This document shows positions 10,425 to 17,640 of a DNA stretch of 64,000 bases, piece by piece; the stretch's first letter is position 1, and the number at the start of each line of letters is the position of its first letter. Under the pieces are notes generated by a model, which saw only the letters and a program-made list of their open reading frames with translations, searched no databases and had not been told where the DNA came from. Where the stretch lies: the NCBI GenBank assembly GCA_963666835.2, contig CAXXGO010000006.1, forward strand, positions 2,571,743 through 2,635,742, in the 5' to 3' direction. Source of the DNA: Phycisphaerae bacterium. Its GTDB lineage: Bacteria; Planctomycetota; Phycisphaerae; UBA1845. The translations under genes were made by a program, and so were the position numbers.

Positions 10425-11413
10425 TGTGGTTTCTCGCCATTGCTGTGGTCGGGCTGGGCTTGCTTTTCAGTGCGTTCTTCTCCGGGGCCGAGACGGGGAT
10501 GTATTGCGTGAACCGCGTGCGTTTACATCTCGGTACGCAACGCCGCGAGCCGGATGCCCTCCGGTTGGCCCGCGTGTTAGATGACGAGCAGGCGGCACTG
10601 TCCGTTGCGTTGCTCGGCACTAATGTGGCGAACTACGTCACCACCGCCGCGGTTGCCTTCATCCTCGCCGATCTGCTCGGCTTCGGGGAGGTCGATACCG
10701 AGCTCTACACCGTGATGGTGCTGACTCCCGTGGTCTTCGTCTTCGGCGAGGTCGTCCCCAAGAGCCTCTTTCAGATGCATGCGGATCGGTTGATGACCCT
10801 CGGGGCGAAGCCGCTGGTCGTAGTGAACGTGCTGTTTCGGGTGACGGGGTTGGTTGCCGTGCTGAAGGCCTTAGCCGGCGCGATGCACTGGCTGGTGCGG
10901 CCCTATGGCGAAGACCGCCGACCTCATCCGCCGAAGCTCCGCGTGGCTCGGCTGTTGCAGGAGGCGCTCGCCGGCCACGAGTTGGCGGTTGATCAGACCG
11001 AGCTGGTCGATCGAGTGTGCCAGCTTTCCGAGACGCCGCTGCACGCGGTAATGGTCCCGCGAAACCGGGTGAACATGATTCCGGCGGCGGCGGACCGCCG
11101 CCAGTTGGAGCGGCTCGCTCGCCGAACGCGGCACGCTCATCTCCCGGTCTTCGACACGCAGCACCGCCACGTTATCGGCATTGCCAAGGTCCGAGAGCTT
11201 CTGCGATATACCGACTGGAAGACCGTTGGAGAGCGAATTCGCCCGGTCGTGACCCTCAGCCCTCACGACACGGTTGCGGTGGCCACCAAACGCATGCAGA
11301 CCAAGGGGCAGAAGATCGCCGTGGTTGCAGATCGCGGCGGGCGGATGCTGGGTGTCGTGACACTTCAAGATCTCATCGAAGAAGTCCTCGGTGAGCTGGC
11401 GGGAAGCGATTGA
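10418..11413 (+). CDS. CNNM-family protein (DUF21 + CBS pair, no CorC_HlyC tail)
   Basis: The ATG at 10418 overlaps the upstream stop codon (ATGTTGA). MLMWFLAIAVVGLGLLFSAFFSGAETG...FGEVVPKSLF, then a CBS pair (PLHAVMVPRNRV...; KIAVVADRGGRMLGVVTLQDLIEEV). Confidence 0.8.
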   Translation: MLMWFLAIAVVGLGLLFSAFFSGAETGMYCVNRVRLHLGTQRREPDALRLARVLDDEQAALSVALLGTNVANYVTTAAVAFILADLLGFGEVDTELYTVMVLTPVVFVFGEVVPKSLFQMHADRLMTLGAKPLVVVNVLFRVTGLVAVLKALAGAMHWLVRPYGEDRRPHPPKLRVARLLQEALAGHELAVDQTELVDRVCQLSETPLHAVMVPRNRVNMIPAAADRRQLERLARRTRHAHLPVFDTQHRHVIGIAKVRELLRYTDWKTVGERIRPVVTLSPHDTVAVATKRMQTKGQKIAVVADRGGRMLGVVTLQDLIEEVLGELAGSD

Positions 11414-11685
11414 ATCCCGCCCGATAAGGGGCTACAATCAGGTGTTGCTCGAGAGGGTCGCCGGAGCGTAGGGGTTGATTCCGGTGTCATGATATTGGCT
11501 CCGTGGGGCGAGCCTGCGCGGAAGATGCCCGGGGTCTGATCGAGACCCGGCCAACAGCGGCTGGGTGCCGAGCGGGTGGCATACGCTCTGTAATGCACGG
11601 GCAGGTCCCGGTGCGTTAGGAAGACCGCAAACGCGCGGAGTGGTCCGGAGGGGCCCGCCGGGCGCGGTCGGGGGGAGTCTTCACT

Positions 11686-13236
11686 ATGATGTCGAGAACG
11701 CTATTGCGGGCTGGGTTTGCCTGTCTGACGCTGAACTTCGTTTGCGCTTTCGGAGCCGAGTCTACGGATCCATCCGGGATTCGGCGGGAAACGTCAATTC
11801 GCGCCGGAGCGGCCGGGACGATCGTCGCCATCGAGGCTCGAACACCGCAAGCATCCGCGCTGGCGGCGACCGCGCTCGCAGAATACCCGCATCCGCGCCC
11901 GCGGCTGGCGGGGTTCTCGCCGTTGGTCGCCATCACTACCTCCGACGAGGGGGACCATTTGGGGGATGACTACGAGCATGAGCTGCAGCCGTCTTATGTG
12001 GGCAGTGCGCTCAATCCGGACGTGAGCCGTCATTTCGTCATCGGCTACCTGGATACCGGATCCGATGTGAATCTGGCAGCGGGCACCGCGGCGGACACGC
12101 TTGGGCTGTTTGGCACAAGACTCGGGCCCAATTCGATTCCTATCGGCGGCGTCGGTGGACAGATCGACGCTTACCTGACAATGCCGCTTGCGTTCTTCGC
12201 GGCAGGGCTCTCGGCGATCGACGGGAGCGGGGCGCTGGATTACGGCGCCTTGGTCGGACACTCGCACGTTTCCGGATTGGCGGCTCCGGCAATCGAGTGC
12301 GGCGGCGGCGAAGCGGTAACGGCGATTGTGGGAATGCCGTTTCTGGGCTTCTACAACTCGTTCATTCGGGTGGACACGCCGCGCGAGGCCACCGTGGAGG
12401 GCGTGACCTACAAGGGCCCGGACGTGCAGATTGAAACGCCGGATCCGTATAATCCGCTTCCCGCGTCCGCGCATATGATATCCATGGATTTCGGTGGGGG
12501 GGCCGGGTACGCGATGACTGCGAACTACTATCCCGATTTCTTTGACCTTGATGGCCCGCCTCTATATCCGACGTTGTTGTCTGCCATGGCGAGTTTTCTT
12601 CCCCTTGGCGGACAGCTCTTTGAGTCTATTTGGGTGCGGGAAGGCGAACCCACGCCGGACAACCCCTCTCAGGAGATCCGCGTGATGGTCGACACGGGTG
12701 CTCAGAGTTCGATTATCAGCACCGCGGTAGCCGCCAATCTCAGTCTGCCGTTCGAGCCGGATTTTACCGTGGACGTGTGTGGAGTAGGGGGGCTGATTGA
12801 GGACATCCCCGGGTATTACATCGACTACGTGAAGATCCCCGCGTTGGGTGGAGCGCTGGAATTCTCGCGGGCGCCGTTCGTGGTAATGGACCTGCCGTCG
12901 GCGGAAGGTGGGACCCTGGCCGGAATTCTCGGGATGAACTTCTTCTGGAACCGCAACGTTACCGTTGAGCCCAACCTGATGGGGACGTCCTATTTGCACG
13001 TGTCCGACCCGATCCCGTTTGCTTACGGGGATTTCGATGCCGACCTGGACGTCGATGATGATGACGCCTCGATGTTCTTCTATTGCATGCGTGGCCCGAA
13101 CGACCTGGCGATCGGGCCCAACTGCGATCATGTCGATTCCGACGAGGACGGAGACGTCGATCTGGAGGACTACGCCCGTTTCTGGACCTGCTACAGCGGC
13201 ATGAACTTGCCGGCTGACCCGACGTGCGGGGACTGA
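11686..13236 (+). CDS. secreted protein with two retropepsin-like aspartic-protease lobes and dockerin-like C-terminal tag
   Basis: Signal peptide MMSRTLLRAGFACLTLNFVCAFGA. Lobe 1 has FVIGYLDTGSDVNL (DTG at 12052-12060) and AIVGMPFLGFYNSFIRVD. Lobe 2 has IRVMVDTGAQSSII (DTG at 12691-12699) and LAGILGMNFFWNRNVTVE. The C-terminus is DFDADLDVDDDD...C...C...DSDEDGDVDLEDYARF. Confidence 0.55.
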   Translation: MMSRTLLRAGFACLTLNFVCAFGAESTDPSGIRRETSIRAGAAGTIVAIEARTPQASALAATALAEYPHPRPRLAGFSPLVAITTSDEGDHLGDDYEHELQPSYVGSALNPDVSRHFVIGYLDTGSDVNLAAGTAADTLGLFGTRLGPNSIPIGGVGGQIDAYLTMPLAFFAAGLSAIDGSGALDYGALVGHSHVSGLAAPAIECGGGEAVTAIVGMPFLGFYNSFIRVDTPREATVEGVTYKGPDVQIETPDPYNPLPASAHMISMDFGGGAGYAMTANYYPDFFDLDGPPLYPTLLSAMASFLPLGGQLFESIWVREGEPTPDNPSQEIRVMVDTGAQSSIISTAVAANLSLPFEPDFTVDVCGVGGLIEDIPGYYIDYVKIPALGGALEFSRAPFVVMDLPSAEGGTLAGILGMNFFWNRNVTVEPNLMGTSYLHVSDPIPFAYGDFDADLDVDDDDASMFFYCMRGPNDLAIGPNCDHVDSDEDGDVDLEDYARFWTCYSGMNLPADPTCGD

Positions 13237-13589
13237 TTCGACGCCTGTTGCCGGGGCAAGCTCTGTGTGCCTTCACCCTCGGCAGCCCGTCTCAGGACGC
13301 TGTGATTCCCGCCACGGTTAACGAGGGGCTGGAACTCGAACAGCATCCGCGGCAACAGGGTGTGCCGCTTCCCAACGCCCCAGAGTGATTCAAGGGTCGC
13401 TTGCCGATGCGCGGATGTCCCGGGCAAACAGGCAGTTTGCCCAAACGGGACAACGGCTCGCTACGCTGCCCGATTGGGTCTCGTAGGCACAAGGCCTGTG
13501 ACGGGGTGTTGTCCGCCTTTCCGATCACCCGGTCACTGCAATCGACATCCGCGCCTTATCGGTCTAACATCGTGCATGGGCGCGGGCTA

Positions 13590-13830
13590 GTAACGCAGGC
13601 TTCCGACCTGCCGGTTGCTGGTTGAGATTGTGTTCTGTTTGAACGGCCAACAGGTAACGCAGGCTTCCAGCCTGCCCTGGACTTTGGCCCTTTTTGTCTA
13701 GCGCAGGCTTCCAGCCTGCCGGTGGCGGGTCGCCTTCGCGTTTTGTTTTGACGCCTAATCGAAGTAACGCAGGCTTCCAGCCTGCCCATTGTTGGTCGCG
13801 ATCGTGTTCTGTTTGAATGCCTAATAGAGG
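13590..13830. repeat. cluster of 4 REP-like hairpin repeats (family F1: GTAACGCAGGCTTCCAGCCTGCC)
   Basis: Copies lie at 13590-13612, 13654-13676, 13699-13720 and 13764-13786. The core is a GCAGGCT-TCC-AGCCTGC hairpin preceded by GTAA/CTAG. Copies 1 and 4 share a further tail of about 40 nt (..TTG.TGGT.G.GAT.GTGTTCTGTTTGAA.G.C.AA). The cluster sits directly upstream of the ATG at 13838. Confidence 0.85.
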
Positions 13831-13837
13831 GTGAGCC

Positions 13838-14458
13838 ATGGACAACGTCACCACGCTTCCGTTGGAGGACTTCTTGGATCAAGTTGCTGCGCGTGTTCCC
13901 ACGCCCGGTGGCGGCGGGGTGACGGCCGCTACGGGGGCTTTGGCCTGCGCGATGGCCCGCATGGTCGCGGCCTATTCGATGGGCAAGAAGACCTCCCCGG
14001 GAAACCGGATGCGCGTCGGGGCGCTCGGGCAACGTCTGCAGCGCGCCGATGAGCTACTGCGCGCCTTGGTGACGCAGGATGGAATCGCCTACACCAAGAT
14101 GACCGAGGCGATCAAGAATGCCGGGGAGAACCCGAAGGACAAAGAGAAGCTCGCTGCAGCCGTCATGGGGGCCATCGCCGTGCCGATGGAGATGGCCGCC
14201 TTGGTTTCAGAGATCCTCGCCATTATGAACGAGTTCAAGGGCATGGCCAACCGCTACCTGCTCAGCGACCTCGGAGTGGCCGCGGTTCTGGCGGATGCCA
14301 CGGCCCGGGCGGCCCGCTATTCCATTCAGGTCAACCTCGGGCAGCTTGAAGATGAGGACACCCGTGCAAAAGTGCGGCGGGAGATTGACGAGACCGTTGA
14401 TCATTGCTCGCGTCATCGCGCGTCGGTGGAGTCCTTTGTGCGCGGCAATCTGGAGTAG
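13838..14458 (+). CDS. cyclodeaminase/cyclohydrolase family protein (FTCD C-terminal-like)
   Basis: LEDFLDQVAARVPTPGGGGVTAATGALACAMARMVAAYSMGKK... is the hallmark N-terminal motif of the formiminotransferase-cyclodeaminase / methenyl-THF cyclohydrolase family. Confidence 0.8.
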   Translation: MDNVTTLPLEDFLDQVAARVPTPGGGGVTAATGALACAMARMVAAYSMGKKTSPGNRMRVGALGQRLQRADELLRALVTQDGIAYTKMTEAIKNAGENPKDKEKLAAAVMGAIAVPMEMAALVSEILAIMNEFKGMANRYLLSDLGVAAVLADATARAARYSIQVNLGQLEDEDTRAKVRREIDETVDHCSRHRASVESFVRGNLE

Positions 14459-14484
14459 TCGATCGCCGGCGGCCGATAGACGCG

Positions 14485-14736
14485 ATGATGGACGAACCTC
14501 CCTATCATCTGGAGATTGACGGACTCGAATCCGAGGAAACCACTCGGGCAGGGGGATCGAGCCTCCGCGGCCGGGCCTGGATCGGCATTCACTTCGACTG
14601 CTGCGGAGTCTACACCCGAATATACCGCAATCGGGCGGGAACCGCTTATCACGGGGCTTGCCCTAAGTGTGCGCGCACGGTGACCTTGCGCATAGGTCCG
14701 GATGGGACTGACGCGAGATTCTTCGTCGCGGAATGA
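14485..14736 (+). CDS. small Cys-rich hypothetical protein (83 aa)
   Basis: ATG at 14485 within track ORF 14404..14736: ...WIGIHFDCCGVYTRIYRNRAGTAYHGACPKCARTVTLRIGPDG. It may bind zinc through CC...CxxC. I recognise no family. Confidence 0.3.
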   Translation: MMDEPPYHLEIDGLESEETTRAGGSSLRGRAWIGIHFDCCGVYTRIYRNRAGTAYHGACPKCARTVTLRIGPDGTDARFFVAE

Positions 14737-14872
14737 GGGTTGTCTCGGCGAAACGCTCTTTACGCCGAAGCCGCGGCGGGCGGTGCGGGCTGGCCGGTGC
14801 GACGCGAGTGGCTACAATTCCGATCTGGTCGTGAGGCTCCTGCTGCCGAAGGTCTGTGAGGATTGATCGCCT

Positions 14873-15958
14873 GTGTTCAGTCAGATGTTGTACGGACCCG
14901 ACCTGCCCACGTGGGCTCTCTTTGCTGAGATGGCCCTTGCGGGGGCGGTTGTGATCGTGGCCGGTTCCCGTTTCACCTGTCTGGCGGATACCCTGGCGGA
15001 TCGGTTGAACCTGGGGGGCGGGTGGATCGGGTTGATCTTGCTCGCAACGGTTACCAGCCTTCCCGAGCTGGTAAGCGGTGGGACGGCCACGGCCATCGGC
15101 AACGTGGATCTGGCGGTCGGAGCCATCTTCGGGAGCTGCTGTTTCAACATTACGCTTATCTTCCTGTTGAATGCCATGAGGAAAGGCGGATCGGTTCTGC
15201 ACGGGGTGCATGCAGCGCATTCTCTTTCGAGTTCGTCCGGGTTGGCGTTGATTGCTATTGCGCTTCTGGGAATGGTAGTTGTCGAGAAGTTTTCGGCGAG
15301 CCTGGTGGTCGCGCAGCGGTGCGAACTGGCTTGGGCGGGGATCATCGTGGTTGCGTACTTGGGTTGCATGCGGCTTATCTACAGCTTCGAGCGGTCCCAA
15401 AGAGCGGTTCAGAAGGAACATAGTGAAACGCCGCGGGAGCGGGTCGGGCCCGGTTTGTATGTTCCTCTTGCCTTGACGGCTTTGATAATCGTGGCGGCTT
15501 CGTGGTGGCTCGCACAGATTGGCGATGTTCTCAGTACTCATGAGATAGAGCTGATCGGCCGGCCCTTGGGAGCGACCTTCGTCGGAGCCTGCTTCCTTGC
15601 GCTGGCTACGTCGCTTCCGGAGATTGTCACGAGCGTGGCGGCGGTGCGATTGGGGAACCTGGACTTGGCGCTGGGCAATATCTTCGGCTCGAACATGTTC
15701 AACATCTTCGTTATTCCGGTCCTGAAGGTCGTCTCCGTAGCGAAAGGAGACCAGCTTCTGTTGGCGACCGATGCGGTGAACAGTACGCAAAACGTCATCA
15801 CCGGTCTGTTGGCGATCCTGCTTAGCGCTATAGCGGTGGGCGGTTTGGCCTACCAGGGCAGACTGCGCACGATTCGCCGATACGGAATCGACTCGCTCCT
15901 CATCCTGGCCACGTATATCGGGGGAATGATCCTCCTTCTGTCCGGCCCGCAGCCGTAG
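14873..15958 (+). CDS. Na+/Ca2+ exchanger (CaCA) family membrane protein
   Basis: Two alpha-repeats are present: LLATVTSLPELVSGGTATAIGNVDLAVGAIFGSCCFNI and LALATSLPEIVTSVAAVRLGNLDLALGNIFGSNMFNI. The start is either GTG at 14873 or ATG at 14885. Confidence 0.85.
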   Translation: MFSQMLYGPDLPTWALFAEMALAGAVVIVAGSRFTCLADTLADRLNLGGGWIGLILLATVTSLPELVSGGTATAIGNVDLAVGAIFGSCCFNITLIFLLNAMRKGGSVLHGVHAAHSLSSSSGLALIAIALLGMVVVEKFSASLVVAQRCELAWAGIIVVAYLGCMRLIYSFERSQRAVQKEHSETPRERVGPGLYVPLALTALIIVAASWWLAQIGDVLSTHEIELIGRPLGATFVGACFLALATSLPEIVTSVAAVRLGNLDLALGNIFGSNMFNIFVIPVLKVVSVAKGDQLLLATDAVNSTQNVITGLLAILLSAIAVGGLAYQGRLRTIRRYGIDSLLILATYIGGMILLLSGPQP

Positions 15959-16018
15959 TTATGTGGCACGGTCGTGGCGCCAGACCTGCGACGAAGACGG
16001 ACATCGCGCAGCGGTTGC

Positions 16019-16386
16019 GGCAGGTCTCGTTCCTCGACCGTGCCCTACAATGATCGCGACTCGCTCATCACGGCTGGGTGGCCCATGTTCTATTGAGTTT
16101 CTGGAATGACAATGTTGTGGCAGAACCTTGCAGAGTAGAGTTGTTTGAACATGGGGGAGCCGATGACAATACGCGCTCGCACTCGCCGGCAGGTCTCGTT
16201 CCTCGACCGTGCCCTACAATGATCGCGACTCGCTCATCACGGCTGGGTGGCCCATGTTCTACTGAGTTACTGGAATGACAATATTGTGTCAGAACCTTGC
16301 AGAGTAGAGTTGTTTGAACATGGGGGAGCCGATGACAATACGCGCTCGCACTCGCCGGCAGGTCTCGTTCCTCGACCGTGCCCTAC
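16019..16386. repeat. tandem array of family F2: 30-nt REP-like core plus two 169-bp units
   Basis: The core GGCAGGTCTCGTTCCTCGACCGTGCCCTAC lies at 16019-16048, 16188-16217 and 16357-16386, a period of 169 bp. The intervening 139 nt is itself repeated at about 95% identity. On the minus strand the core reads GTAG + hairpin (GGCACGGTC/GACC-TGCC). Confidence 0.9.
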
Positions 16387-16393
16387 AGCCTTA

Positions 16394-16927
16394 TCACGTT
16401 TCGTTTTTGCTCAGCCATTCCCGTGCCAACCGGCGTACCGTTCGTTCGAGTTCCTTGAATCCTCCGAACTCGCCGACCTTACCGTCGGCGAATTCCTCGG
16501 CAAGAACGTCGTCGAGATGGTCGTAGGTCCAGAAGCATGCGATGAAGTCCTGGAGTCCATGCACGTTATCACCGAGTTGTACCGGTTCATTGCGGACATA
16601 CACGGGGTAGTAGACGTCCTGCATGAAGTCGCTCAACCCGTCGCGCGGTTGGGTATCCCCGGCCACAATCCGGGCGAGGTGGTGTCGCGCGATAGTCCTG
16701 ACTGCTTGGTCTCTCGAAGGTACACCGGTGCCGAGTTCTGCAAGTGCGGTTTCGAACAATGGTCCGATCGTTGACAAGATCGGGTGCCTGGTTTCAGCCA
16801 GCTCCACCAGGGAAGGGGAGTATGAGCCGCTCAGCAGAGCTTGGTCAGCGGCAGCCCGGATGTCGTCACTCAGAGCGGTGCCGATCGAGTATCGCGCGGC
16901 CAACAGTTCCAGGGATGTCGGATCCAT
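16394..16927 (-). CDS. hypothetical cytoplasmic alpha-helical protein (177 aa) bracketed by F2 repeats
   Basis: The ATG at 16927 lies inside track ORF 16394..17176, whose first 83 codons run through the repeat. MDPTSLELLAARYSIGTALSDDIRAAADQALLSGSYSPSLVELAETRHP...; I recognise no family. Confidence 0.5.
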   Translation of the reverse strand: MDPTSLELLAARYSIGTALSDDIRAAADQALLSGSYSPSLVELAETRHPILSTIGPLFETALAELGTGVPSRDQAVRTIARHHLARIVAGDTQPRDGLSDFMQDVYYPVYVRNEPVQLGDNVHGLQDFIACFWTYDHLDDVLAEEFADGKVGEFGGFKELERTVRRLAREWLSKNET

Positions 16928-17042
16928 TTGGACGCATACCTCCGCAAACCAATCACTGCAGTCGAGTATAGCAGCTAACCCCTCGGTGCAGCAAGGCGCA
17001 CGGTCGGGGCGATGCAGGCCATTCGTGGCCACGCGCACTCGC

Positions 17043-17370
17043 TGGCAGGTCTCGTTCCTCGACCGTGCCCTACGAATCATCGGGGTGGCCCATGTTCTAC
17101 TGAGTTTCTGGAATGACAATATTGTGTCAGAACCTTGCAGGGTAGGGTTGCCTGAACATGGGGGAGCCGATGACAATACGCGCTCGTACTCGCCGGCAGG
17201 TCTCGTTCCTCGACCGTGCCCTACGGGATCAGGTGCATGGTGCCCCAGGGTGGCACTCCGCGGCTGCGCCGCTCCGTTTGACCCTGGGCTTTGTTGTTGA
17301 ACGTCTTCGACGTACGTTCAGCCTTCGCACCTCCTAACATGGCAGGTCTCGTTCCTCGACCATGCCCTAC
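17043..17370. repeat. F2 repeats: cores at 17043-17072, 17195-17224, 17341-17370 with one 152-bp long unit
   Basis: The 30-nt core is the same (the third copy has one mismatch). Segment 17073-17224 is a long unit with a 17-nt deletion relative to 16050-16217. Confidence 0.85.
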
Positions 17371-17640
17371 GAATCAACCGGGTGGTCTATCGCTTGAGCG
17401 GGGGGATGTCGTGTCGGAGTTATGAGGCGGACGGGCGGCTCGGCAACGACGCTGGAAGTAAGGAAGAAAATGCACGCATCCGCGTCCGATAACGGCTCCG
17501 GATTTCGCGGGAAATCCGTCCGGGAATGCGGTATACTGAAGGGCCTTGACGAGGTGATTATCCGACGTACGCGCTGTGCGTGGACGATAGGCCTCGTCAC
17601 CGGTCGGGCGGTTTCTTGTTTTCGGAGAGGAGAGAGGACC

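Noticed and set aside
13290-13590. Possible housekeeping ncRNA (6S, SRP, tmRNA or RNase P) in the long intergenic region, including the hairpin GGGCAAAC-AGGC-AGTTTGCCC at about 13421-13442
   Set aside because: I could not find any of the conserved signature sequences I know for those RNAs. A covariance-model scan would be needed to settle this.
13590-13830. Possible mini-CRISPR (four 23-nt repeats)
   Set aside because: The spacing is irregular (64, 45 and 65 nt). Two of the spacers are homologous to each other. The repeat is a simple hairpin with a GTAA head, which is REP-like. No cas genes are present.
16019-16386. Possible CRISPR array (a 30-nt repeat recurring at regular 169-bp spacing)
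   Set aside because: The 139-nt 'spacers' are about 95% identical to each other, so this is a tandem repeat and not a repeat-spacer array. Spacers of that length would also be far too long, and no cas genes are in the window.
16078-17300. Track ORFs 16078..16278, 16247..16774 and 16623..17300 encoding '...HGGADDNTRSHSPAGLVPRPCPT'
   Set aside because: They are translations of the F2 repeat. The 169-bp period is not divisible by 3, so successive units fall in different frames. The long ORFs also overlap the better-supported minus-strand gene at 16394..16927.
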